Source: Octopus sinensis (taxonomy: Eukaryota). From it: 64,000 nucleotides of DNA. The notes beneath the pieces are model-generated. The model saw nothing but the letters and a program-made list of their open reading frames with translations. It had not been told where the DNA came from and searched no databases. Position 1 is the stretch's first letter; each line of letters begins with the position of its first letter. The stretch spans positions 61,132,001 to 61,196,000 of the forward strand of contig NC_043010.1 in NCBI RefSeq assembly GCF_006345805.1, given 5' to 3'. Made by a program: the position numbers and the translations under genes. Shown in pieces: positions 12,519 to 25,220 of this stretch.

Positions 12519-14826
12519 ACATTTGTGAAAAACATTAAGTAAAACGAAATATCAGACTATGAATTTGGGGTTTCCTGCAGGAAGGGATCCCTCCCAACCG
12601 TAGCCCTTGAAAAAAAAATACCATTGTCAACCATATCACCTCTAAAGTAACATTTAATATCTTGTCAAGTCAGTGTTGATAGTTTTTTCTTATCTAATGT
12701 ACCAAACTGAAATGTGTTAATGTGGTGGGTGCAGAGATGGATAGATCAAAAGTTCAATCCCAGTTGGCATCATCTGACAGTTTGGTTTCCTCTGTTGGAC
12801 TGGGGTGTTTGAACAAAGGTGTGAGAGGGAAATTGACCCAAATGAAAAACAAAAGCTAAACAAGGAATATCCAAACAGTTGTCAGACATCAGCCCATACC
12901 TGGGTTAACACCTGTGTCCAGTTGATAATATCGTTAATGACCTGCATGCACCTGCACCCTCACCTGTCTTCCCATTTGTCAGGACTCCATCATATCTTAT
13001 CCCTCCATTTATTCCTGTAACAATATAGGGCTGTGCTACAGTGACACACACACATGCACATACAGATACTTACTCAGTGTATACACAACCTTTACATTCA
13101 GCATGTATACATATCATATATATCTCACACACCCTCAAAATGGTTACATACATCCATACACACATTCATATCCATCCATCCATACTTACATACAAATGTA
13201 CATATACATATACTCACTCATCCATCCATCCTTATATACACATGTACGTATGTACACTAACTTGTATAATACAGATGAGGTTCTGCTTGGTTGCCCAGCT
13301 TGCTAGAAATAGCTGCCATATCTCCCATAAATTCCACTCAGGCATCTCAAGAAAGATATAGAGTACACCATGTCTGAAAAAAATGGGATGGTCATGGCTA
13401 GAATACCTGTAATCCTTGGTTTGCTTGATCAGGGCTGAATTGGGGCTAAACAGCAACAACAGCAACAAGACTCTAATTTGGAATTTCATTCAAATAATTC
13501 ATCAGAATTGTGTTGTTTATTCTGATGTGTGTGTCCCCATTTTTCTTAGAGAACAGTATGGTTTGAGGGAGATTTGTTTGCTATTTCTAGCAGGTTGAAG
13601 TACCACATCGAGGCCCCCAAAACATAAACCCTCCACTTAGACCATGACCTTTACCCCTTCCTTCTACCACTCACCAGAAAAATAATAGGGAAATTCCCAA
13701 GCTCAAAATCCTCAGGGTCCCCTCAAAAACAAAAAAAAACCTGATGGGATATCTGTGGTAAGGAATTTGCACAGGGAGGACAACTGAAATCTCACCATGC
13801 CACTCACACCAGCAACAAACCATTCAAGTGTGAAGAACATGGCAGAAGAATGAGGGCCTGAAGGAATTACAAATCTTACCAACAACTGCACTTGCTCATA
13901 TCAACATCGGCAAATCATCCCCAACATTTTTTTTTCTTTTGAAAAGTGAGCCAAATAATTATTCCAATTCTAAAACCTACTCACAACAGCTTCACACAAA
14001 CTTTTACACTTAGGGTTTACATTACTCACAAATGCCACAGAAAGATTGCCTTCAACAATGACATAAACCCTACATATATTATCATAATTACTAATGGCAT
14101 CAGTAAATACTTAATCCAATCCCTAGTTACCCACTTTTTAGAATAAAATACTCAACACAGACACAAAATGCCAGGTGACAAATTACTTCCCAGGTTACCA
14201 TTCCTGTACCACTGTGCAGTAAACAACTCAGAGCTTCTGTACAGTACAATCGTGACACATTCAGAATCTGCTATTTCCTAAATGGTGTACTGCAAGGATC
14301 CATCCTGCTACCCTTTCATTTTAATTCATGCCAACACCCACACAAAATAAACCCAGCTTCATGTGTTGATGCTATTACAATCAAGTCAGTCGACCACTTT
14401 TGTAGACACAGCCACACAAACTGAAACAAACTTACGTCAATCACTGAGAAACTTTGCTCCAAACAAATCGACTGAAACTCTCTCATCTTCCTTCTTACAA
14501 TATCTGACACCAAAGCTACAACCAGCTGACAGAGTCACATAAATATACTGCATGGAATATGAGGATATAGTATTTATTACATGTGTCTTTATAATATTCA
14601 CAAAAGTGTGGAAGATATTGTAACGAAAGCAAAGTGATACAAAAACATCCTTAGGACACTCACAGTATATATATATATATATATATATATACCGGAGTAA
14701 ACACATAAATGTGAAACAAGGTGGAAAAAAGAGTACTCAAATACCAGTGGTAGAGTAATATGCTTTATTTAAAGCAGCAGAAAATTCAACAAAACCTGTT
14801 ACTCTGAGTTTCCCGTTTAGCAAAAA

Positions 14827-14864
14827 CTGTCCGACGAACGGCAACGGGAAACTCAGAGTAACAG
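14827..14864 (+). ncRNA. Minimal type I hammerhead motif with a U4>C core variant
   Basis: CTGT-CCGACGA-A.CG.GCAA.CG.G-GAAA-CTC.A.GAG-TA-ACAG; GNRA-capped helix II, palindromic helix III. Confidence 0.6.
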
Positions 14865-14917
14865 GTTTTGTAGAATTTTCTGCTGCTTTAAATAAAGTAT
14901 ATATATGTATGTATGTA

Positions 14918-15095
14918 TATGATCAGGATAAACAGCATTGACCTTTATATATTTATCTTATGTACATTATGGATTATGTGGTCAAGATAAACAATACAGA
15001 CACTAATATATATGCACTAAGTCCATGGATTATGTGGTCAAGATAAACAATACTGACCCTTATATATGTATATCCATGAAGCCCATTGTGGATAA
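14918..15095. repeat. Short degenerate tandem repeat (about 3 x 57-60 bp)
   Basis: TGGATTATGTGGTCAAGATAAACAATAC occurs twice, with a third degenerate copy. Confidence 0.6.
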
Positions 15096-16668
15096 TGCCT
15101 ATCTTGCTTAAATCCTCTCGGTCTCCACAATAAACTACAAACACTACAAGACTGTGTTTTACATCATCACAGGTTGCACACAGACCCCTGCCTTCCCTAC
15201 TAAAACCTGAGCGACATAGTTTGTCGCTGCAGGGATGGAACCCTCACAGTCTCTGCTGCCACTGCAACACAATCCCCCCCCCCCAAATACCCAGATATGT
15301 CTATGATACCCCAGAACATTGCTACAATGCTATCTTCCCCACTCAATCCCGACAAGCACCGCAACAACATCAACGCTTCTGTCCTGACACAGATACAGGG
15401 TCAGGGATCAATGCAAAGGAACAACAACTGATGTGATCCAACCAGGCCCACTTCAGCTGTCTCCACTGTGACTACTACAACACTACCAGTAAAGGAACCT
15501 CTATCAGGTCGATCTACCTGCTTAAAATAGCAGCCATGTCTCACTCAAATCATACCATATCATCTTACATAAGGGTAGAAACATTGAATAATGGAGTCCA
15601 TGATAACCATAGACTGATGAGATGGGCATGGCTGGAATGTCTTTGAATATGCCTACTGGATCAGAGATGACCTGGGGTTAAACAACAGAAAACTACATGG
15701 TTAACTGCAATGATGCATTAATACAATGATACAGAGTTTGTAGCTTGGTCGTCAACTCAAGATAGGTGAAGCAATAGAGAAATATTATAAATCATTGGAT
15801 CGCACTAATGACATACCATAGATGTGATTAATCAGGGCTAACAACAACCAGTAGAATAGGGTCCATCTGGACTTCTGAAAAGCTAAAAGATGGTCCCTAT
15901 GTACTTCCATACCAGTGGAAGACATGATCCTCTTTGCTACATTGCCATAGGAAAATTATCCCTTCAGTCCTTCCATACCAGTAAAAATGTTCCTTCTGTG
16001 CAACAATACATCTAAAATGTGTCTCTGATGATAATAAATGTCTGTTCATAACTATGGAAGCAGGACTTTGCTGGAATTCAGTTTTATTGACAACGATGTA
16101 CCTCGGCGATAACTAATAAAATAAAATACTCTGCTGCAATTCCATACGGTTTACTTGTTATTAACTCTTTCGGGTAGAAGGATCTGAAAACGTGGGGGTT
16201 GGAGTATGGGTGAGTGTATCCACCCTGGGACATTACTGGTACTGCTTTGATTAATTCAGAAGCAATAAAATCCAAGTTAGTCACAACTAGATTTGAACTT
16301 GGAGCTTGATATTTCTAACATAAAGCCTTGTGAGTGGATTTGGTAGACGGAAACTGAAAGAAGCCCGTCGTATATATGTATATATACATGTATGTTTGTG
16401 TGCTTGTGTTTGCCCCCCACACACACACATCGCTTGACAACCAATGCTGGTGTGTTTATTTCCCTGTAACTAAGTGGTTTGGCAAAGAGAGACTGATAGA
16501 ATAAGTACTAGGCTTACAAAGAATAAGTCTTGGGGTCGATTTGCGACTAAAGGTGGTGCTCCAGCATGGCCACAGTCAAATGAAAGAGAGATAAACTATA
16601 GATATTAGAGCCAGCACTAGTCGATACCCTCTTCCTAAACTGTGACCTTAAAACCTACTACTATTACC

Positions 16669-16707
<39 letters not shown>

Positions 16708-16974
16708 GCTATTGCTGCTGCAAATACTACTACTACTACTACAACCACCGCTGCTGCTACTACTGCTGCTGTTGTTGTTAAGCAACAAGACAAGTAAGGG
16801 TGATTAGGTGATGGTCTAGGGCTTAGGGGGCGAGAGACCCCAGACCTTGGGAAAAAAAAACTTTGGTCATCTTATTGTAGTTGAGGGTTCATCATTGACA
16901 CCCGACACCACTGGGAGGTGACCCTCGAAGTCGCTGGAAATGGAGATCTCCAGGTCCAAATTCTTGAACGGCTG

Positions 16975-17007
<33 letters not shown>

Positions 17008-17957
17008 AGGCAGTGAGCTGGCAGAATCGTTAGCACACCGGGCAAAATGCTTAGGGGCATTTCATCCACCCTTATGTTCTGAGTTTAAGTTCCCCTGAGG
17101 TCGACTTTGCCTTTCGTCCTTCTGGGGCCAATAAACACTGGTACCAGTTAAACAGTGGAGGTCAAAACTGTCTGTCTTCTGCCAAAACTTGAAACTGGTA
17201 TTACTGTCATGGTAATAATAATAGTAGTAATAATAATAATAATCATCATCGTTTAGTGTCTGCCTTCCATGCTGGCATGGGTTGGACGGTTCAACTGGGG
17301 TCTGAGAAGCCAGAAGGCTGCACCAGGCCCAGTATGATCTGGCAATGTTTCTACAGTTGGATGCCCTTCCTAATGCCAACCACTCCATGAGTGTAGTGGG
17401 TGCTTTTTACGTGTCACCTGCACAGGTGCCAGGCGAGGCTGGCAAACGGCCACGAACGGATGGTGCTTTTTACATGCCACCGGCACGGAGGCCTGCAACA
17501 GCCACGATCGGATGGTGCTCCTTACGTGCCACCGGCATGGAAGCCAGTTGGGGCAGCGCTGGCAAATAATAATAATGATAATAATGGTTTCAAATTTTGG
17601 CACAAGGCCAGCAGTTTCAGGAGAGGGGGGTAAGTCGATTAAATTGACCCCAGTACTCAACTGGTACTTATTCTATCAGCCCCAGAAGGATGAAAGACAA
17701 AGTTGACCCTGGCAGCATTTGAACTCAGTACTGCATGGTACCTAGGGCAAGGGTCTACTGCTATAACCTGGGGCCAACCAAAGCTTTATGAGTGGATTTG
17801 GCAGATGAAAGCTAAAAGAAGCCCGTTGCATATATATATATATATGTGTGTGTGTCTTTGTGTTTATCCTCCACCACCACTTGACAACTGGTGTTGGTTT
17901 GTTTACATCCCCATAGCTGCAGTTTGGCTAAAAAGTGTGATAGAATAGGCTAAAAAA

Positions 17958-18182
17958 GGCGGTGAGCTGGCAGAAACGTTAGCACGCCGGGCGAAATGCT
18001 TAGTGGTATTTCGTCTGCCGTTATGTTCTGAGTTCAAATTCCGCCGAGGTCGACTTTGCCTTTCATCCTTTCGGAGTCGATTAAATAAGTACCAGTTATG
18101 CACTGGGATTGATATAATCGACTTAATCCGTTTGTCTGTCCTTGTTTGTCCTCTCTGTGTTTAGCCCCTTGTGGATAAAGAG
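17958..18182 (+). mobile_element. SINE family A (tRNA-like head GGCGGTGAGCTGGCAGAA..., core TTCATCCTTTCGGGGTCGATAAA); representative copy
   Basis: About 20 recognisable copies in the window, e.g. 1529, 2097, 7611-7965 (tandem), 8416, 17008, 18435(-), 24045, 24277, 33885, 37435, 38655(-), 41070(-), 41298(-), 59615, 61975; box-B-like GTTCAAATTCC. Confidence 0.85.
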
Positions 18183-18867
18183 AAAAACTAAAAAGTATTG
18201 GGGTCAATTCATTTGACTAAAAATTCTTCAAGGTGGTGCCCCAGCATGGCCACAGCCTAATGACCGAGACAGGTAGAAGGATATTGTGCGATATGTTAGA
18301 TACAAGGCAGCTGTGTTTGAAGGACATGATGAGATGACAGAGGAGCATAAGGACCTGTCAAACCCACAGCAGCGATCAATGAGATCATCATGAGCTTTCA
18401 ATCCTCCTCCTCCTCCTCATCATCATCATCATCATCAATAATCCTATTTCTTTACTACCCCCACAAGGGGTTAAATACAGAGGGGACAGACAAAGGGATT
18501 AAGTCGATTACAACGACCCCAGTGCATAAATGGTACTTAATTTATCGACCCCCAAAGGATGAAAGGCAAAGTCGACCTCGGCGGAATTTGAACTCAGAAC
18601 GTAACCGCAGACGATCATCATCAATAATCCCTGGACTTTACTGCTTTGAGCCCTAAACACTCATAAGGACCAGTTACCCAATTTATTTTAATAGCATATG
18701 AGTGAGGTGGCAACATTCCTCCTGGCTAAGATGCCAGTCTCTTGCAGGGTTACAGCTGAATGGACTGAAGCAATGTGAAAGGAATGTTTTGCTCAAGAAT
18801 ATAATGCACTGCCCCATCCAGGGATTGAAACCACAATCTTGCAAGTGTATCCCTCTAAAAACACCCA

Positions 18868-19497
18868 CTTACTCACTTTAGTCCTCCCACCCTACGACAC
18901 CAACCCAAGGAAATTCTAATATAGTAGGGTCTCCCATGTGAAAATTTTCAATAAATTAAGAATATCCTTGCAATTAAAAGTCAAAAACTCCCATTTTGTG
19001 ACAGGGTGAAACTTGACAACACCACCTTACTCACTTTAGTCCTCCCACTCTACGACACCACCCGAGGAAATTCTAATATAGTAGGGTCTCCCATGTGAAA
19101 ATTTTCAATAAATTAAAAGTATCCTTGCAATTAAAAGTCAAAAACTCCCATTTTGTGGCAGGGTGAAATTTGACAACACCACCTTACTCACTTTAGTCCC
19201 CCACCCTACGACACCACCCGAAAAAATTCTAATATAGTAGGGTCTGTCCATGTGAAAATTTTCAATAAATTAAAAGTATCCTTGCAATTAAAAGTCAAAA
19301 ACTCCCATTTTGTGGCAGGGTGAAATTTGACAACACCACCTTACTCACTTTAGTCTCCCACCCTACGACACCACCCGAAAAAATTCTAATATAGTAGGGT
19401 CTGCCATGTGAAAATTTTCAATAAATTAAAAGTATCCTTGCAATTAAAAGTCAAAAACTCCCATTTTTTGGAGGGGTGGGGTGAAATTTGGCAACAA
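18868..19497. repeat. Minisatellite, 4 x about 157 bp
   Basis: Unit CTTACTCACTTTAGTC...GACAACACCAC starts at 18868, 19026, 19183 and 19340. Confidence 0.92.
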
Positions 19498-20062
19498 CAA
19501 AACAAGGGAAGTAACTTCTATAGTAACAGCTAATTCAATGTTTGCAGGTTGTTGTTGGGGGGGAGAGGGCAGAGCAAGACAACGTAGTTTTTGTTTTTGT
19601 TTGTAGCTTTGCTATACCTGAAGGAAGGGCCACAACCCATAGCCTTCATAGACTCTCGGAACACGGGTAACACCGATGACCTTAATGTTTTGAGGAAACT
19701 AAGATGATTTAGTTTTTAAATGTAAAACTGGAAGCAGATAAAACTATAATAGCATGAAGAATATTTGGTTTAAAAAAAACCCTTGGGTGCAAAAAAAATT
19801 TCAAAGGCTGCCAATGGGATACGAACCCATATCATCCATAAACATGGTAGATGTTCTACCATTTTACCAAAGCAACCCTGCAAGTTTTCTCTAGGAGTGG
19901 CTGTGTGGTATGTAGCTTGCTTACCAACCACATGGTTCCGGGATCAGTCCCACTGTGTGGAACCTTGGGCAAGTGTCTTCTACTAAAGCCTCAGGCCGAC
20001 CAAAGCCTTGTGAGTGGATTTGGTAGACGGAAACTGAAAGAAGCCCGTCGTATATATGTATA

Positions 20063-23000
20063 TCATCATCATCATCATCATCGTTTAACGTCCGCTTTCC
20101 ATGCTAGCATGGGTTGGACGGTTCAACTGGGGTCTGGCAAGCCCGAAGGCTGCACCAGGCCAGTCAGATCTGGCAGTGTTTCTACAGCTGGATGCCCTTC
20201 CTAACGCCAACCACTCCGAGAGTGTAGTGGGTGATTTTATGTGCCACCGACACAGGTGCCAGACGAGGCTGGCTGACGGCCACGCTCGGATGGTGTTTTC
20301 TTATGTGTCACCGACACAGGTGCCAGACGGGGCTGGCGGACGGCCACGCTCGGATGGTGTTGTTGTTATGTGCCCTCAGCACGGAGGCCAGTCGTTGCGG
20401 TACTGGCTACGATCACGTTCGGATGGTTTTCTTATGTGCCACCGGCACTGGTACCACAAGGATACAAATTCCATTGATGTTCATCTATTTTGATTTGGTT
20501 CGATTTGATTTGATTTGATTTGATTCGATTCTCACTTGCCTCAACAGGTCTTCACAAGTGTCACAAGAGGAAGGTATGCACAGGTGGACTGACTACGTCC
20601 CAGGTAGGGGCCACGGATTATGGCTTCACTAGTCTTGCCGGGTCTTCTCACGCACAGCATACTTCCATAGGTCTCGGTCTCTAGTCATTTCCATGGTGAG
20701 ACCTAACGTCCGAAGGTCGTGCTTCACCACTTGTCCCAGGTTTTCCTGGGTCTACCTCTTCCACGGGTTCCCTCAACTGCTAGGGATTGGCACTTTCTCA
20801 CACACCTATCTTCATCCATTCTCGCCACATGACCATACCAGCGCAATCGTCTCTCTTGCACACAACAACTGATGCTTCTTAGGTACAACATTTCTCTCAA
20901 GGTACTAACGCTCTGTCGAGTAAGTACACTGACATTACACATCCATCGGAGCATACTGGCTTCGTTCCTCACAAGCTTACGCATGTCCTCAGCAGTCACG
21001 GCCCATGTTTCACTGCCATGTAGCATAGCTGTTCGTACACATGCATCATACAGTCTGCCTTTTACTCTGAGCGAGAGGCCTTTAGTCACCAGCAGAGGTA
21101 AGAGCTCCCTAAACTTTGCCCAGGCTATTCTTATTCTAGCAGTTACACTTTCAGCGCACCCGCCCCCACTACTGACTTGGTCACCTAGATAGCGGAAGCT
21201 ATCAACTACTTCTAGTTTTTCCCCCCGAAAGTGACGGAAGTTGTTTTTTCTGCAGATTTTCGGAGGTCAATGCTCCAGAGCATCTGCCACATACAAAAAC
21301 TATCTTCCCAGTTAGCCTACCTTTGACATTGCTTCACCTCTTATGTGTCCATAGCTTACACTGGGTACATCTTATAGAGTTTCTACCTACACCTTTTCTA
21401 CAGATCGAGCAGGGCCATCTTCCTGAGGATATTTGTGGATTTTCTAACTTTCTACTTATTAGTACTTTGGTTTTAGCTAGGTTGACTCTAAGGCCCCTCG
21501 ATTCTAAACCCTCCTTCCACACACTGGAACTTCTCCTCCAGTTCTGATAGTGACTCAGCGATTAGAGCGAGGTCGTCAGCATAGAGGAGCTCCCAGGGGC
21601 AACCTGTCTTGAATTCCTCCACAATTGCCTGGAGGACTATGATAAATAGGAGGGGGCTGAGTACTGAACCCTGGTGGACACCAACCTCTACCTTGAATTC
21701 TTCTGTGTACATGCTGCCAACTCTAACCTTACTTACGGCATCTCTGTACATGGCTTGCACAGCCCTCACCAGCCATTCATCTATCCCTAGTTTCCTCATT
21801 GACCACCAGATGAGGGATCGGGGGACCCTATCAAGGCTTTCTCCGTGTCAACGAAAGCCAGGTACAGGGGCTTATCTTTGGCTAGGTATTTCTCCTGCAG
21901 CTGCCTTACCAGGAATATAGCATCAGTGGTGCTTTTCCCTGGGACAAACCCAAACTGCATCTCATCTAAACTAACTCTCTCTCTAATTAGTTGGGCTATG
22001 ACCCTCTCCGTAACCTTCATTACCTGATCCAACAGCTTGATACCTCTGTAATTATTTGTATCCAGGGCATCACCTTTACCTTTGTAGCAGTTGACTAGTA
22101 TGCTGCTACACCAGTCATTGGGTATGACTCCTTCGTGTATCACCTGGTTGACTATACGGGTGACTAGGTCATAGCCGACACTGCCAGATATTTTGAGCAT
22201 CTCTGCAGTAATTCCTGATGGGCCTGGGGCTTTCCCTGTCTTCATGCTTCTAATTGCCTTAGCTACCACGGAACTATCAACTCGGATAGCTGGTCCCTCT
22301 GTTGGGTCAACATTCGGCAGACTCTCTTTATCCCATTCATTTTCTTTATTCAGCAACCTTTCATAGTGGCATCTCCAAACCTCTCTCTTTGCATCCTCAT
22401 TTAGCGCAAGTGAACCATCATCCATGCGAACACACTTCTCTCCTACCACATCACGATTCTCTCTCACACACTGTGTTTGCAACACGAAATACCTCAAGTC
22501 TTTCATCCTCACGGCTCAGAACATTGGCAAATTTTTTCTTATCCGCTTCCCCTCTGGCTAAATAAACCTGTCTCCTAGCTTCCCTTTTGGCTGTCTGATA
22601 CAATTCCCTGCTACCACCGTTCTTCCAGTCCTTCCAAGCCTGTCTCTTTTGTCTAATAGCCCTGTCAACCACAGTGTTCCACCACCATGTTACTCTGGGT
22701 CGAGATGGTACTTTGCTCCATCCACAGATCTGGTCAGTGGCTGTCAGCAGATTGTCCCGTAGGAATCTCCAGTTGTCTTCCACATTAAGTGAAGCTATAT
22801 CCCCTTCTATTTCGTCAGAGGCTTCGAGTAGTATGTCTCTAAATCTCTGTCCATTTGCAGGATCTTTAAGCTTCCAGACCCTTCTCCTCCAAGCTGGTCT
22901 TCTTCTGGGCAACCATTTAGCTCTGATCCTGAAGTCGCTAACTACTAATCTATGTTGGGGAGTACATTCTTCGCCTGGGAAGGTTTTGGCATTTATAATC

Positions 23001-23735
23001 AGCCCTCTTTCCCTTTTTCTGGCAAGGATGTAGTCAATCTGGCTGGTGTGTCTGCCAGAACGGTAGGTGACTAGGTGAGAGGTGGGTTTCCTGAAGTGGG
23101 TATTGCAGACCATAAGGTCATTTGCATCGCAGAACTCCAGCAGCCTGGTTCCTTCCTCATTTCGAGAGCCAAAACCGTAGCCTCCATGGACGCCATGGAA
23201 GCCCCCGACATGTCGTCCATGTCCATTGAAATCACCTGCCACGAAGAGAAGGTCACTGTCATTTGTCAATGAGGTAGTCCGCAATAGGGTGTCATAGAAT
23301 TGGTCTTTTTGTCCTTCCGGTAGCCCTGGTTGAGGGGCATATGCCGAGATGATGGTAGCTGTCCTATGGTGAAGAACTAATCTAATTTTAATTACTCTGT
23401 CACTTACTCTGACTACCTCGATTACCTTACCTACCCATTTCTCCGCAAGAAGTATACCCACGCCCCCGACTCCGTCAGTGTTCCCTGCCCAGAAAATCTT
23501 GTACCTGTGTTCCTTGCCTGTGAGGAGCCTAGCAGAACCTCCTCTCCACCTTACTTCCTGGATACAGCATACATCCACACGTCTCCGTTCAAGCAGCTCT
23601 ACAATCTCTCCAGACCTACCTTTCAATGTGCCAACATTGAGCGTGCCAACTCTGAGGGTTTGGGAGGTGTGGGCATCAGAGACCCTGGGACGAGGGACAG
23701 CCGTGTCATGTACCTGAAAAGAAAGCTTGCATTTA
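20063..23735 (-). mobile_element. Near-full-length decayed RTE-clade LINE (APE endonuclease + reverse transcriptase, about 600-bp 3' UTR, (ATG)n tail)
   Basis: ORF pieces: APE motifs (GTLNVGTL, CIQEVRW, GDFNGH, IDYIL); RT motifs (NYRGIKLL, QFGF, GVHQGSVLSPLLF, LYADDLALI); RTE C-terminus (MLHGSETW, RLRWYGHV, RGRPRKTW). Several frameshifts; ends in ...AAACGATGATGATG. Confidence 0.92.
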
Positions 23736-25151
23736 TGCATATATATATATATAAGTATGTGTGTGGGTATGTTTGTGTGTCTGTGTTTGTCCCCCCAACA
23801 TCACTTGACAACAAATGCTGGTGTGTTTACGTCTCGGTAACTTAGCGGTTCGGCAAAAGAGTCCAATAGAATAAGTACTAGGCTTACAAAGAATAAGTCC
23901 TGGGGTTGATTTGCTCAACTAAAGGCAGTGTTCCAGCATGGCCACAGTCAAATGACTGAAACAAGTAAAAGAGTAAAAAAATATCCATTTTAGAAGCCAT
24001 TTCTCACCTGCAAGAATTGTATGTTGCTATCCCCTAAGAATTTAAGGTGGTAAGCTGTCACCATTGTTAGTACGTTGGACAAAAATGCTAAGTGACATTG
24101 CATCTGTCTACGTTCTGAGTTCAAATTCTGCTGGCATTGACTTTATATTTCATCCTTTCAGGGTCGATAGAGTAAGTACTTATTATTATGTACTGGGGTC
24201 AATGTAATCAACTAGCCCCCTCCTGCAAAATTCCAAACCTTGTGCCTATAGCAGAAAGGATATGCCAAGGAATTTAAGGTGGCAAGTTGGCAGAACTGTT
24301 AGCATGCCGGACAAAATGCTTTGTGGCATTTCATTTTGTACTTTATGTTCTGAGTTCAATTTCCACTGAGACTAACTTTGCCTTTCATCCTTTCAGAGTC
24401 AACCAAATAAGTACCAGTTGAAAACTGCGGTGGTGGTGGTGGGGTTTTGATGTAATTGACTTCTTCCCTTACAATTTGCTGGCCGTGTGCCAAGATTGGA
24501 AAGTGATATGTCCTTAGAATTTAGAAACTTTGTGAGATGAAATAATTTCTTTCTAATGGTGAAAGTCAAAGTATATAGTAATGCTACAAATAATAAGTCT
24601 GTCTATTATAGGCACAAGGCCTGAAATTTGGCGGGTGAGGGGAATGATTCATTACACTGACCACAGCGCTTGACTGCTACTTATTTTATCAACTCTGAAA
24701 ACATGAAAGGCAAAGTCAACTTCAGCAGAGGTTGATATTATCGGAGTTAACTCCCTTGTTTTTTGTTTTTAGATTGTAAAAATATCTAGGAGTTTTTGTA
24801 TTGTAACCGCATATTGGATGTCCATTAGTGGTCATTCCTATTATACGCATCTTTAAAATTGTTCTGAATTTTCAGATTTTTCTATATGCTAGGCTACTGG
24901 TTTTAAATTGATGTTAATTAAATTAATATTCAATTTATCACCCTCATTATTTAAATTTTAAATAATTATGTTCTCTAACCGGTAACATTAACTGCAGTGA
25001 ATTATCTACTGCGGAACTGTTTCTGGGATTTAGTGCGTAAGAACTTAGAAATTTGAAAATAACCCCAATGTAATCGGTAGAACTATACACAAGTCTAATT
25101 TTTATAAGGACAACTAGTGTATAGTTCTACAAATTATATCGAATTGGAATG

Positions 25152-25220
25152 ATTGTACTGAAGAGTCCACGGACAATGATTATGTAAGTAAAATCATTGA
25201 TGACGAAACCGGTCTATGAT
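25152..25220 (+). ncRNA. Type I hammerhead ribozyme, intact core, with a hairpin insertion in helix II
   Basis: ATTGTA-CTGAAGA-GTC...GAC-GAAA-CC.GG-TC-TATGAT: helix I 6 bp (two G.U), palindromic ACCGGT helix III, GUC triplet. Confidence 0.78.

Noticed and set aside
18868-19497. CRISPR-like array
   Set aside because: Contiguous 157-bp units with no unique spacers, in a eukaryotic context.
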